DNA of 64,000 nucleotides from the NCBI RefSeq assembly GCF_022539665.2, contig NC_081331.1, forward strand, positions 248,001 to 312,000, in the 5' to 3' direction. The stretch is from Daphnia carinata. Lineage: Eukaryota. Under the pieces are notes generated by a model. The model was given only the letters and a program-made list of their open reading frames with translations. It was not told the origin of the DNA and searched no databases. A program made the position numbers and the translations under genes. Position 1 is the first letter of the stretch. Every line of letters starts with the position of its first letter. Of this stretch, positions 50,194-64,000 are shown one piece after another.

Positions 50194-51025
50194 TTATGGT
50201 GCTTTGATCGCTGCTGATGCTACTGCTAGCTGGCTCATCCTTTTCTCATCCGATCTGCCATACACATGCATAAAGAATTTTAGATTTGGCTATAATCACT
50301 TGCAAGACTTGTGGCCTCCACAAATCAGAAGGTATGTATAAATAATGAAGGAAGCGATATCTTACCCGTCAGCGGAGTCGACTAGATCGCTTCTCTTGCG
50401 GCGTTTGCCGACCCTTTCAAGCTTGTCCTGGTTCTGTTTAATTTGGTTACCCCATTGGCGACGAAGCATCTCCAATCTCAGCCGGCTACGTAGAGCTTCG
50501 ATCGGACTAATGATGGACAACTGCGAGTGGTGGTTGCTAGATGAGCCGCTATTGGAGTGGCTCTGGCGTTTCGAACGATCCTTTTAATTTTTTCGAATAA
50601 TGGGTACAACATCAAACATCAATCACAAACAATCCAGCATTCGCGTGAGTTCTACTTGTGCATGCCGTGGTGATGCAGGCAACGGACTTGTATGAACATC
50701 AAATGAAAAAAAGAAAACAGCAAAATGAGATCTACAATACCTGAGATTGCCAGCCGGAATCGTCTTCTAAATTCTGCTGTCTCTTCATGATGGGAATTGC
50801 GGGAAAATAATAGAGGTCTCCATGTAGGTTGTTTCCATCCTTATACGTATCGGCTGATCCATCTGCTGGATCCAACAAAGCCCACATTTCGGGAATGCTT
50901 TGTCCTACTTGAGGATGATGCGCCTGATGCTGAAATCCGCCGACCGGCTGGCCCATCACAACGCTACCGCACCAACCCATAACGATGAGCCAGACGGCGG
51001 CGAGAGCGGTCACGTGCCACCGCAT
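50194..51025 (-). CDS. Dh44: CRF-like diuretic hormone precursor (DH44 family; 52-aa amidated DH52-type peptide), 3 coding exons
   Basis: Signal peptide MRWHVTALAAVWLIVMGWCGSVVMG. Exon 50366-50581 encodes KR-QSHSNSGSSSNHHSQLSIISPIEALRSRLRLEMLRRQWGNQIKQNQDKLERV-GKRR, with the LSI..P...LR CRF motif and an amidation signal. Stop TAA at 50196-50194. Confidence 0.9.
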
Positions 51026-52377
51026 TGATGATAGATGTGCCGTTGTTGATAAAAAAAAAGTCTAGTAGAAATAGTAAAAAAGAAAAATACAAAATAAACA
51101 TCATTTGTTTCATCCGGTGATAAAGATCACATTCCGTCCTTGATAGCATCAGCAAAAAAAAGAGTGGGAAAAAGGAGAAAAACGTTGTTTCGATGGTGTC
51201 GTATTTAATGGCTCAGGCATGAATCGCGAACAAATCAGAGCGGAAATGACACAGACTAATTAATTTTTAATAATCGAGCCTGAAATTTTTTTGTGTACCA
51301 AAAATAGTTTCGGAAATGGTTAGAATTTAGCGAGATCGTGCTCAACTTCCATGTCAGGCAATAAACTATTCCATTTATGTTAGTCTAGGTCTCTTTTTAT
51401 GCGGGAACATGATCCAATAATAATTCATTACACATCAGTAACCCTCGACTAGCCCTTGTAACTTCGATATTGGCTTGCTACGGCTAGGCCAAACCTCTCC
51501 GTGTTTTGTTATGAATTAAAAACATGATGGAATAAGAAAGGGGTGCCAAACTTTCTGTTGTTTAGATTGATATTTTTGTTCCTAGACAACTCCGATGTAA
51601 CGCACACGCCAGTTCACAGTAGATCAATCTAAAAATGGCCGACGAAGTGGTTTTTTGAAAAAGGTTGAAGAGGTTTCTGATACGGCGGTTGGCCGTATCG
51701 CATTCGCCGACTTGAAATCACACCATTAATGACGTCACAAATGACGAATTAAAATTCACCATTTTTGATTGCATGCCTATGAATGCGATACGCACCGGTC
51801 TGCCTGAAAAATCCCAACAAACATCCGTAATTTGATGCCTATGATGAAATGACGCTTCCTTGATGTAACTCTGAAAAATTGGATTGAACTCGGAAAACTT
51901 GCAAGGCTTGCTGTAAGTGACCAAATACTTTTAGCGTTAGCCTATTAGCTCTTGTGCAGTTCCGCAAGCACACTTCCTATTGACCTAATCAAATCACGTG
52001 ATCGTTCTTTCTAGTTTAATCCCAACAAAGTATTTGGAATAAATCAAACGTCAACTTTAAACGAAGAATAATAATACGTACGTGATGGACAATAAGGTGA
52101 TGTAAACAATCAATATGAAAAACACACTGTCACTGAGCACTTGACGTCACAAGAAAATGTTCCAAGATTAGTTTTCCTTTTTATACGGATGACATAATAA
52201 TCAAAACGGGCACAATTGTCGCTGTAGAAAATAGAAATAAACCCCGCTGTATACGTCAAGTTAAGTCGTTTTCTCACTCTTTCTCTCGCTGCCGAAAAAG
52301 AGGGGAAAATCGGCTTAGAAACGCGCTAGCGGGAAAGGTCCACAAACAACTGGCGGCAAAACTACGGGTCCGTCTCG

Positions 52378-52388
52378 CTTTTTATATT
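52378..52388 (-). promoter_or_regulatory. TATA box upstream of the putative non-coding first exon of the diuretic hormone gene
   Basis: TATAAAAAG on the - strand, next to a GC-rich patch. Candidate donor GTACGT near 52080. Confidence 0.5.
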
Positions 52389-55300
52389 CGCGCACTCCCG
52401 CATTGATCATTCGCCGCGATCGCCGCCCGCCCATTTTCCGGTTCTGTTGCCTCTCAACGGACCACCGAGAAGAAAAGGGGCAAATTGTGACACCTTCTTT
52501 TTAAAGTTCCATTACTGTTCAATGAAGTTGCTGAAAGCTGTCTAGAAATAGACATTTCAAAAACGCACGGAAATGATGGTCATTACTGAGAAGTCCCTCA
52601 ACAGCTGACATTCAAGGACGCTGTGACAAATGCGTCAGTTACTCACTCAAGTATAAGAATAGTCTAAACACAAACTAATTTCATGAGATTCAAGGAAGAA
52701 CTATTTTCAATCAGTCCCCCCCATGTGTTGATTAAGTGGCATAAGATCCTTTCCCTACGCATGTTGAAACAGCCACGTTACCAAACAAAAAAACCAATAA
52801 TAAACATCGCCAATGAGATAAAAAGCCTACAACTTGGCTACTACTACGCGTCCGGCTATTGGGCAATCACACGTTGTTTTTCCTTACGGAGAAAAAGCGC
52901 GGAATCATGGAGAGACAAGCTTTTTTTTTACGCATTCTGGAGTAACGTATATCGTGAAACGTAAAAGTGTAAATAGAGACGATAAGAAGAAAGAGACTCT
53001 TCAGCATTCGATATTCCATCATTATACAAATGCATTTGCATACACTGAAGGCCTTGAAATTCCGTTGACCTCAAAATCGATTGAGGCTATGTTGTCACCA
53101 ATGTTTCAATGGTTTCTGTTGCATCATCAACTATTTATAAAAAAAAGCATAACAAGAAGCCCTACGCTAACTAACGTCTTTTGTACTCGTAGGACGATAA
53201 TCGCGAACACACAACAAGATGACGAATAACAAAGTGCGACGGGAATCAATACTACTCATCACGACCTATCCTTTTTAATGTTCAGCTCTGACCTCCATGT
53301 CGTCTAGTCGAAATAACCACCGATAAAAATGCAAGCACAACCGTTAAGCTCTTCAGCGTTTATCAGTTTTGTATATGACTTTCTCTTTCCTTTCATTAGC
53401 AAGGCGACATCTGGGATACAGGGTCTTGTAGTCTATACTGCATGTCAATGATAACCTCTTCCCAGCAAAGTTTAGCTTGTTGAACATAAGGGAATGCTTA
53501 TTAAACAAATACAGGCGAAACGAAATTTCGCGGCTTTTCCTCTCTCTCATTCAAGAGAAGAGTTGTATAGACGGGAGGTGCACTGACCGCTTTGAGTGGA
53601 CCCCAATCACCCAGGTCGTCTGGGTCATGGACATTTCCAGCACGGTTTGCATGTGTATATCTCCGCCGACATAGTTCCCTCTTTCACGCTCTTTTCTGTT
53701 TTTTTTTTTTTTGCTTGTCTCTGCAGAACAGATAGTAGTGCACCATCTATCTAACAAGTATAGCTGGTATGTTCTTAACTCAAACAAAAATGGTGGGCGA
53801 TGTGAATGGGGTACTGTAACGCTTTAGTGGGAGAGAAACTTGGGCTTTGTCATAATACGAAGGACTAGCATGCGATTCAGTGTCACTGTCGATGCATTAT
53901 CAAGTGGATAAAAACCTTTTACTTGATTACGCACACATGTGATTTCTAGACAAAACTGGTTAGTTTGGAGCAACATGAAACAAAATTGTGTTGTGAAATC
54001 GAGAACTTGGACCCAAGAGTCGTAATTTGTTTACTCGTAAAAAGGCAAAGGATGAATTGTTAAAGCAGAAGCTGAAGCTTTATCAGAAATTGGATTCAGC
54101 ACCTTGGGAGTACGGCAGACTGAACAGTCGGGATCAGACGCAAACAAGACTGAAATTAATATTTGAATAAGGACGACGTCTTTCTGCATATAATCGAATA
54201 AGGACAAACAATTCAATTCGCCTCGCAGGAACTCTTTGTTGCAAGTTTTACTCAAGTTTTGAAGGAAAGATACTAAATCTTACCTACAAAGTATTACGGG
54301 GACAAGGTCAACTTGATTAAAGCGGCAAGCAAAACACAACGGCCAAAAGTGCAGGGCAGAACAAGAAAAATCCCATTAGTAGCCATAACAAGGTCGGATC
54401 TAGTTTTATAATGAAAGGGATCTGAAAGACGAGACGAAGCTCAGAAAGACAACAGTCGGATCATTTTTTTTTTTTATATTCCAAGCCCTAAAGCTCATTT
54501 ATGCGGCTCTTGTGTCACGTCAAGAAGACAATCTCAGGAAAGGACCTAAATGACCATAGCAATATGTAGAGGAGGTATATAACGAGACACGTAAAATCAC
54601 ACGCTCACCGAGTCTATCTGTGATCATTAGATTTGTACCTGACGGCGAATGCAATCTTCTTATGAAGAATGTGGTCCAATTTTCTCTGACTCAAATCCTA
54701 CTGTAGGTTTAAGCATCTCTCTTTGGTCCCGCTCGACAAATTTTGCTTTGAGATGAGTCAATGGCCCGCATAATTTTATCATGGATACTGCCTTTTAATC
54801 AATCCAGTGAGGATGAGCAATTAAACCATCTTAATTCTAATCGAAATTACGGGCGCAATCCAGCCCGTAATTCCATTACTGATGAACCGCGTAATTACGG
54901 TGGATGTTGTAATCAACGTAATTGTGTTACGCGTTTGCTAATGAACGAAATAGCACTTTATATGCATTCGAGAGAAAGACAAACTCACCTAAACCGGAAA
55001 TTGAAGCGGAATTGGACCAAACTGACGAGGGACTCTGGATTTCGCACGCGACGACAGGTAGAAGAGGTATTCGAGAACGATGATGGAAAAATGTACCCTG
55101 TAAAGTTGTTGAAGGAGCGATAGACTGAGCACGCCAAGATAGGGATAATATGATGGGAAGAGTAAGCGGGACGACGCTTTATATACCCCCCGCCTCCTCA
55201 ACAACGTCATCGCTTGCTCCACCGCCATTGCGACGTCGACGACGACGACCTTCACGGAAGAAAAGACAAGAGAAGGGCGTGCGACAGAGTGAAGTGCAAA

Positions 55301-56012
55301 ATCGAAAGAAACGATGGGCGGAGATTTTACTGTGCTAGCACACACAGACCAATTTCACGGGGGAGAGAAGGAATTATGTTCCTGCGCCTCACTTCTAATC
55401 CGCTAGTGGGGGGATATGGTTGAAACGCGGTCTCTTTTGAAACACTCGAGTGCATCAATGAGTTGTCTCGTAAAAATGTGTCGGGGACTACCATTTTCTC
55501 TAAACCAACATCATCTACTCTTAACTATATAAATAATACTGTGGATACGTAGAGGTTATTTACCTGATCAAATAGCTTGTGGCCTAAGTAGATCTCTGTT
55601 AGACATTGCTCTTTGATATATGAGAGGAGCCAAGGGACCAAAGTGCAATCGTGCTTGCTTCTTCCACGTTTGGTCTTGTCGGGTTGTAGGGCATATTGCA
55701 TCAGCTTAAGAGATTTGTTTCCTGGGTGCGGGATTGGCTGTTTTCGTTTAGTTGATTCGTCCACGGGTAACCCACGTAGTCACCACGCGCCGACACGAAT
55801 CGCCTACAATCGGTCGACTAAGAGACAGAATTGAAGGATTGTAATATATCAAGTCATTGTTTATCACCGAAATGCCACAAATACACGAACCATGTGCCTT
55901 ATCAGGATATTTCCGCTTGACGAAGAATAGCAAAACGTTTGATGTAGACAGACTTTGAATTTGGACTATGTAATGGATTGATAAGGTGGGGACCCCATTT
56001 AGGTTCCACGTG

Positions 56013-57505
56013 TCAGGCGGTTGGTGATTTGTTAAAGTACAAATCATTCATTTTCTCATAGAAGTAGCGAAAGAAAAAGAGCAGATTGTCGTAGCTCCCA
56101 TCATAGCTGTTGGTTTCTTCGTTTCCGCGTCTGCGTTCCTCAAGGCTCACGACAGCATCGTAGATAGCTTCAATAGTAGCCAAATAACTGTCAGGTTTGC
56201 CTAGCTGATAGCGCCAGAAAAGTGACTTCCGCGTCCGTAAAATGACACACGGCAGGGCTGTAATGAAAAAAAAAAATGTTTAAAATAAAAATTGATATCT
56301 TATGTTCGCTAGCGTGAGACGAATGCGTCACCAGGTGGGAAAAGGGACACATGGTGACGGCAAAAAAATTGAGCTTTCTACTCTGTCAATTTTTAGACAA
56401 TCATTTATAAAATTGGCAAATATTTAAAAAGGTATTCACATGTACGCTAACAATTTATGATAATCAAATTGACAACTTCCATCTCGTTTCATCATCTCAA
56501 AGTCATATTTTACCGAGGAAATAGGAATGCAAACGCGAATTTGTTTCGCGGTCGACAGCGCTCTGTCACGCTATATCATCATTTCTAGAGCGTATGGACA
56601 TGGCCATGACGCCCAACTATGTCGGCAAAATCTTCACCAATTTTCTTTTTTCTTGCATGCCCCATTTTTATGGTTTTAAAATAAGTTTTTATTGTACTTG
56701 CTACAGATAAAAATCTAATAAGAATTAATTTTACCTTTTAAACGGGGATCCTTGTAAATTTGTTTGGATTGCGTCCATGTTGAATCAATAAAAACCATTT
56801 TTTTTATTTCAGTCGCTCTGCTAGCCCCCATGGTTGTCATAGGGACGGCTCCTTCACAAGGATAAACCAGCACCACCTTTAAAAGAAAAAAAAAAGAAAT
56901 GTGAATGCATTCCTCATACGGTATTAGCCGGAATAAGCACATTTCATTGACGATAAAACCAGAATGAATTCGTCACTATGATCTCAAACAGAAATTGACA
57001 CAATTTCCGTGCACTTTTAAAACATCAATTTCCTCGGAAATGCATGGTTCGGGGAAACCCGTAAACGAATAAACTAATTACGGAATAATCTTAACCTTTA
57101 ATTAAAAAAGCTATTGACTTACCCCATCTTCTAAACTGTAATCTGGGAAATTGGGGAAGGTATAAATTTTCACCATTTCTGGAGCAACAACAGCAGCATG
57201 AATACTTGTGCTTTTCCCATCATGCTCATTTGGGTGCTTGATAATGTCTATATGGCATGGTAAGCTCTGAGAATTAGAATATTTGATGTCAGCTTCCGAC
57301 AATAATTATATATAAATTTAAACCTTACTGTTATATGGGGAATTAATTCTTTAATTTCTGGCAGCGGTATGTGGCATGTGTAACAAAAAAATTTTCTTGA
57401 TTTGCCACAATTTTCACAGTTGCCTCTTCTCTCTATCTCATCAAGGAATGTGGTGCTGGATATTTTGAGGCCAGAGAAAGGTTCTTGAGAATCACATCTT
57501 GCCAT
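56013..57505 (-). CDS. DTWD1: tRNA-uridine aminocarboxypropyltransferase 1 (DTW domain), 4 coding exons
   Basis: [37 protein letters not shown] and FIDSTW. The last exon [17 protein letters not shown]...LATIEAIY...[12 protein letters not shown] ends in TGA at 56015-56013. Confidence 0.92.
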
Positions 57506-59159
57506 GCAAGTAGAGAAAATGCTGCGATGGGCAGTTCGTGGATTTTTGAACTTGCGTCCCGTGTGTTTATTCCTGTAAACTTCGGCTATATCAGACCTTT
57601 CATGTGCTGGTTCGGTAGATCTCGTTTCCTGTGTGTCAAAAGGAAGAAAGAAGTATTTGATTACGTAATTTGACTATAACTATTTGTTTGTATTATAATA
57701 CCATTTTTAATTAAAGGAACTCTTTCCAGCTTGCTAAGAGGAGTGACAAGTTTCAACAAAACGATTCATTAGCGAATCCTACGTTGATTGTTAACGTGTG
57801 CGTTCTCAATTGCTTCGCCTTCGTCTGCTTGGTAAGCCTGTATACGTGAACGAACCGCCATCTATAACTTATCTTCGTAACGAAAACGTTTGGTAAATGA
57901 ATTCCTTACATTCCTAAATAAATAAATTCTAGATGCCTTTCGTCTGGGATCACTAAAGAAAAAGGAGAAACTAGACGGTCATTACAGCTTTTCCGTGGCG
58001 ATCGGTTATGTAACTTTAAAATGAAATAGTTTCTCTCCATCAGATGAAACCTTTCGGTATCCTTCTGCAGAACAGTAATATATTATTTTAGCGAAGGCAA
58101 AAACAAACTTTGTTTTAACAAGTTTCTTGCAACTTTTCTATTTTCTACACGTTTTCATAGCTACAGAAGTCTAAAACTTCTTTCTTGAATTACAGCCTCT
58201 ACGACGGATCGCCCAAAGTTGGTGGGCATGATTTTGAATAATAAAAGCAATCTGTGCAACACGAAACTCGCGCTTTTTCAAAGTGCTGACAGCGATGTTC
58301 ATTCGAACTTACAACGTCTATATTGCAAACAGCGTTCGCGTTGGCGCATGAGAAAAAATGTCGTTATCGATTTTGTCCAGTGATGGTGTTTCAAATTGAC
58401 AAAATACTCTTGACTCACATTCGACGTACATCAAATCTGGCCTTCTTCGCTATTTGCATTTGGTTGCCCATTCAGAAATGTTTCCCATGTTACACGGTTG
58501 ACTCGTTCTCAAAGGCGACAGGTCCTACCATGCCTACTCTGTAGAGTCGTGGTCCAATTTTATCTTTGCTTCTTGACATGCACACATGAAAAAGACAGGG
58601 ACTTACCCATTGGCAAAACCAGAGAAGAAAACCATGGGTTTCGATCGGGATAAGCATTAAATAATGGCAATATGGAAAGAGAGTGCTTCCAAGAAATGTA
58701 CTATCGTTTCGAAAGGATGTTTAAAAGGAGGCTCTCATTTCACTTGAATGGTTTTCCTCGAAAGAAGTATTCACACGATGAACTTGCCTTGGAGAAATAT
58801 TTCATTCTATATCGAAGCATGACGGTAATCAAGATTGATTCTGTGTAAAACTGGAATACGCTCGTACATCTGTCACAAAGATATTTAGGTTAGCTTATAG
58901 CTCCATTTCTCCAGTCTTCAGAGATGGAAGTATGTGCCATACTTGTGGACTTTGAATTGTATCCAAATGCTATATTGGTTTCAGTCCTTATATATAAGGC
59001 ACTTTGCATTGCAAAAAAAAAACATGGACTTCATTGAAAAAATATAACATGTCACTAAAAAGCACAGAACACAAGAGAATGAATGAGCTTTCATTAAGTA
59101 AAGTAAAGCTGCAAGATATTGGCACTTCGTTGGAGGAATGAGAACATGAAATTGAATCT

Positions 59160-62100
59160 TCAGATAGGGGCTAGGGATTGCCATTCATCTGTCGTCAATT
59201 CTGGGTGCCATAGATCAACGATGAGCACCAACCGATAAGACGATCCATTGTGCCAGACTTCATGATCGAAGCTGTCATCAAAAACAACAAATTTGCCTTC
59301 CTCCCATGACTTGATAGTGTTGCCCACTCTCAACTTAGCCCCATCAGGTACGACTAGACCTAAATGAGCCCTGAGTCGGCAGTTAGTTGGCCCAGTATGG
59401 GACCAAACGTGCGTGCCAGGATGCATGATACTGAATTTGACTTGACCCCGCTTGCACAAGGCAGGTGGGTAATTTTCAATCAACGTGCACGTTACTGGTG
59501 CCTAAAAATAGTTAATTGATTATTTCTAACGTCTCTTAGTAACTTGGGACAAACGAAATAAATACTTGATTGCAATGGGCTGCGTTTTTCCTGCCTTGCC
59601 CGAACAGTTCAAACTGTTTCCAGTCTCCAGAATCCCGCAATTTCTCTGATTCATTAGCGAAACCCTCAGGACTTTCCAGTGTTAACAAAGCCACTCCTTC
59701 GTTACGAATTTGTCGCCAGTTGGCTTCCAACAGATCAAAGAAAGGACCATAGGTAGTTGCTTCCTTGTCCCACCAAGGTTGAGCGGTTAGACGATCTACA
59801 TTGTACAGGGAACGTTGATCATGAGAACGAAAAACACCTTCCTTCTCTCCATCGGCATAGATCTGGAAATGTAGACAGTAATGAGTACTGCAATTAGAAA
59901 TGATATAACTAATTATTACCCGTTGGGCTTCTTCGTGTTTCCCTAGGCGGGTCAGTGAATCACCGAGATGAGAGTAAAAGCGTCCGTCAATGACACCCTC
60001 TTCACGGGATGCTATTCCAGCCATCATCCATCGAGCTCCGGCATCATAGTCGTTATAAGTTGTTTTCAAAATAAAGCCTAAATGAACCTGAGCGAAACCA
60101 GATTGTGGCCATCTTTCCAGAACACCTTCGAGAATAGTGCGAGCAGCTTCCGGTTGATTGGTCAAAAGAAAACCAACAGCTAATTGATTTTGATATTCGA
60201 TATCATTGGGAAAACGGGCAACCAATCTCTGCTGAATCCTTATAGCTTTTCCGTGGAATCCTGATAAATAAAAAAATAATAAGTAAAAGTTATTGTTAAA
60301 TAGAAAATTAAGTTACCTCTAAATCGCATTCTGTCGATACAGCGTAAAGCAGACTTATGGTAAAGTTGATCGTCCACTTGATGCTCGAGGTCTAAGACGG
60401 CCCTGTATGCGAAGATGGACTGTTCCAAACGAGCGTTAGATCTCTCCACTTCGGCTAGTGAGTCCAGGCTTCGGGCACGGCCATAAAGGGCCAACGCATT
60501 GTGTGGATCCTTCTCCAAAATTTGTTCCATCAGAGCTAGCGCCTGGGCTGGCGACTGGATTGAAGGCAATAAGGGATGGACAAAGGTTCAAGGTTCAATG
60601 TTTCAAACTTTCCAAACAAAGCCATTCCCCCATTCTCTTGAATGCTTTTCAATTGTGCAACAGATTCTTCTACAAGAAATCTTGTTATCTTTTGCATACT
60701 CTTTTGGTTAGTGATTAATAGTTCATGCCGTAAATACTAAGAGGACATAAGTTGGGAAAAGATTAATACTACAAACGGCTACTTGAAACACTAAGGGACA
60801 TTCTCTAATGATAAAATGAAAACGTATCTCATCTTCTTTAAAACTCAGAGTTTAATTTCAGACACAATCCGCGAACCTTACAGAGATAAGCCCCAAAAAC
60901 TCATGAAAGTATATCATAATCATTCGTCTGCAAGCGTCATAACAACCTCACACCCACACCACTTTTTTTTCTATATGAGAAAGAGGGCGAAAGAAAATGT
61001 CAAAGGTTCGTTGTGATATCGAATAGGACGATCAAAGTAATACTACAAACATGACACTAGTCAAAGTCAGGGAAAAGAATGATTTTTTTATGTTTTTTTG
61101 TTTTGTTTTTTTGAGACAGAAGATATTTAGGCAGCTGGGGGAGCCTACAGAAATTTAGCGAATAGAAGATTAAAGGCATTTAAATTTTATTAAATATTCA
61201 AAATCGAGTTGTCGTTTGAGCAATTGAAGCAGCCCGACAACTCGATAATAGAGAAAGGGGGCAGTGCCTCACAACTTTAAATTTTATATCACCCAGGTAT
61301 TTTATTTCAGTTTACCTGATCGACGAGTCGATCTGCTTCCTCCAGATTTTGCATTCTCGAAGGAACATTTGTAACTGGTGCAGCACTTTGCTCCTCTTCA
61401 ACAAGAAAAGCTTCTGTCGCCACCTGGACAGGTTCTTCTACCACCGAATCGAACCTGTGTTCAGCTTCAGATTGAGTTTCATCTGACGATACGTCTTCTG
61501 CAACTGGAGCATCAACGACTTCAGCAGTCTGAGGCACAGGAATGATTTCTTCAGCCACATCATTGGTCTCAGCTACTTCTTCAACCTGAACAATTGGTTG
61601 ATCAGCCTGGACGTCACTGATCTCAAGCTCGGGTTCTACGGCAATCACAGTCTCTTCTTTAAGCTCTGACTCGATGACTTCTGGTACAGGTACATCGGCA
61701 ATTTCTGGTTCAGCAACCGCTTCTACCTGTGATTCGGGAAGAGGTTGAGTTTCGGAAACAGTGTCTTCGACTGGCTCGATCCATGAATCCACTGCAGGTT
61801 CAGGGACAACCTCTACATGAGATTCGGGCACAGATTCTACGAAGGGTTCTGGAACGGGGATAGATTCCACAATGGGTTCAACAACGTGTTCTACAGGTAA
61901 TGCGGCCTTTGACTCGGTTTCTTCTTGTCGTTCAGGAAGATCGTCTACTTGAGGTTCAGGAATCACTTCCTGTTCAAGAAGGGATTCTACTTGTGGTAGT
62001 TCAAAATCGGCGTCTGATTTCAGAACTTCTTGCGGTTCAGTTTCTACTTGGGGCTCAACTTCTAACTCTTCAGCAAGAGTTTCTACATTCGCTTCGCGTG

Positions 62101-63562
62101 CAACTTCTATTTCGGGTTCGTCAAGAGCTTCTTCTTCACTCACGATTTCTTCTTCAGCTTGCACTTCTTCAGGGTCTTCTGCCAACTGAGCTGCTTCTTG
62201 TTGAGCTGCCTCTTGAGCCAATATAGTCTAAATTAAACGATAGATTTTGAAATATTGGCAAAAATAAACTAGATAAATAAATTACATCTTGATTCCTGGC
62301 TTCATCTAACTCTTCTAGTACGGCTCTAAGATTGCGTTCCAATTCAGCTGCTTGCTCTAGAGCGCCATCAAAAACACTGTCTGACGTATTCTTTACGAGT
62401 TCATCTAATTGACTTCTTAAAGGCTCAAGGCGTTGACTAATTGTATCGATGACGGCGTGAGTTAATGACGATTTAGCCATAACTTGTAGGGCTCGTAGCT
62501 CTTCGATGCAGCGCACAGTCATAACCCACACTTCATCTACAGCTGCCTGAACGGCTTCTCTTTCTGCCCGCATTGTAAATGACTCTGAAAAATGATGTAA
62601 TTGAAGAACTGTCTATTCGGTAATAAAGATTGATGTAATACCTTCAGGAACTTCAGCTGGTTCATCCTCCAACTGCGTCTCAAAGTTTTCGCTGGCTTGA
62701 ACAGTTTCTTCTACGATCTCATTGGTCGCTTCAGGTAATTCTTCAACGGGTTCTGGCACAGATTCTGCAGCTTCAATCTTTGGTTCTTCAACTATTTCAG
62801 TTTCTATTTCCCTTATGATGTCTTCTGGTACTTCTGCAATAGGCACAGTTTCAGGGACCTCTGAAGGCAAATCCTTTGCAATTTCAACAGGTTCATCTAC
62901 CATACTGATGGTATTTTCCTTAAATGATTCTATAGAAGTAACGAAGAAGTTCATTACATGCAAAAAAAAAGCTGGAAATTAATTATATACCTGGCTCCAT
63001 AGGGGAAGGATCAATTCTGTCGAAATCATCTTCGTAGGCAACGTCTACCGCTGGGGCAGCAGGCTCATATTTCACTGGTGGGGCATTGGTGACGGGGTCT
63101 GCAAGACGAGTGAACGTCTCAATTCCACCCATTTCAAAAAATATCACACCAACGGCCAATCCCAAAGACGAAAGTAAGACGAGAAAGATGATTTTCGCGC
63201 ACGCTCCGCTTCCATCACTTTCTTCCAATAGGGGAACGGTATCTTCTAATAAAATAAAATTGAATAAAAAATAAATTATTAAAAATTTTAGAGTGTTTCC
63301 GTTACATTAGCGAAAGGAAGTTGCCATGCGCGTGCTGTTAACGTATCGCTAAACATGAAAGGCATGCCTGCACAACCTGGTCAACAGATGGCCAAGATGC
63401 TTCAGTAGTTTTTATATTTCCAGGGTCAACAACACACATACACACACACACACACACATTCATTATTAGACACCTGAATCGTCGGTAGGATGAACAACGA
63501 AATCTGCTTCGGTTTCGTCCAGTTGTTGGACATGTGCCCGTTCCTCTTGGTATTCTTCCTGT
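59160..63562 (-). CDS. ASPH: Aspartyl/asparaginyl beta-hydroxylase, 5'-incomplete (start not identified; probably beyond the window)
   Basis: TM segment KIIFLVLLSSLGLAVGVIFF, long Glu-rich lumenal stalk, TPR exons, and catalytic GQVKFSIMHPGTHVWSHTGPTNCRLRAHLGL...FDDSFDHEVWH...LIVDLWHPEL. Confidence 0.95.
63430..63458. repeat. (CA)n microsatellite in an ASPH intron
   Basis: Interrupted CA run. Confidence 0.8.
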
Positions 63563-64000
63563 TGTAAAGCCTCTAATATGGCTATGATTGATAATCACAT
63601 GATTCAATATGGCGAAATTGAATTCCATGGGTTATATATATATATAAGCCGGTACAAACAATGTCAACATAACGATGGCACGCTCTTTGAAAAAGACGCA
63701 GTTTTCCAACGTCGTATGACAACACTTTTGGATGGTAAAAGATGCTAGCTAGGCTTAGTTCCAATAGCACAATTCCCCCACCCGAAGTGACGTGATATTT
63801 TTAGACAGAAAATCTCGCAAGGTCTTCAACAGAAAAGAATATAAAGCTTCAATGGCGTCGCACGAGACTTTGCCAGCCAAGCACCTTTTTCAAAATCAGT
63901 TTTAAATCTATGATTGAATCTCCCAACTAATTTTCTCTTCAATTTTTACGTACTAAGACATTGTAATAATTTACATGCCCGTTCCAGGCAAGATAAACAA

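Noticed and set aside
52600..55900. Short ORFs of 62-131 aa upstream of the diuretic hormone gene
   Set aside because: No homology cues; composition typical of non-coding regulatory DNA.
56715..57505. DTWD1 appearing truncated in the ORF track
   Set aside because: The final exon is present at 56013-56257, so the gene is complete.

Overview
Eukaryotic, AT-rich, intron-dense DNA (mostly ~55-90 nt GT-AG introns), most consistent with a Daphnia-like branchiopod crustacean; this is inferred from intron size and a CRF-like DH52 neuropeptide. Apparently intact conserved genes flank the window: DmX-like/Rabconnectin-3A (+, 8.5-22.8 kb), LTV1 (-), CRF-like diuretic hormone (-), DTWD1 (-) and ASPH (-, running off the right end). 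Between two blocks of the same dispersed repeat (~25.6-27.1 kb and ~48.0-49.0 kb) lies a ~23 kb accessory island. It holds a decaying MCM9, an intronless signal-anchor + degenerate NET1/ARHGEF3-like RhoGEF DH gene, nested transposon remnants, and an inverted triplication (-,+,-) of a head-to-head unit made of an intronless 671-aa orphan gene and a truncated ZCCHC7/Air-like gene. Two observations stand out. First, the RhoGEF-like gene and the orphan share a homologous upstream/5'UTR/N-terminal module. Second, orphan copies 2 and 3 form a ~2.4 kb-arm fold-back with a ~90 nt loop, which could yield hairpin RNA against the only intact copy. All calls come from reading the sequence by eye; no searches were run.
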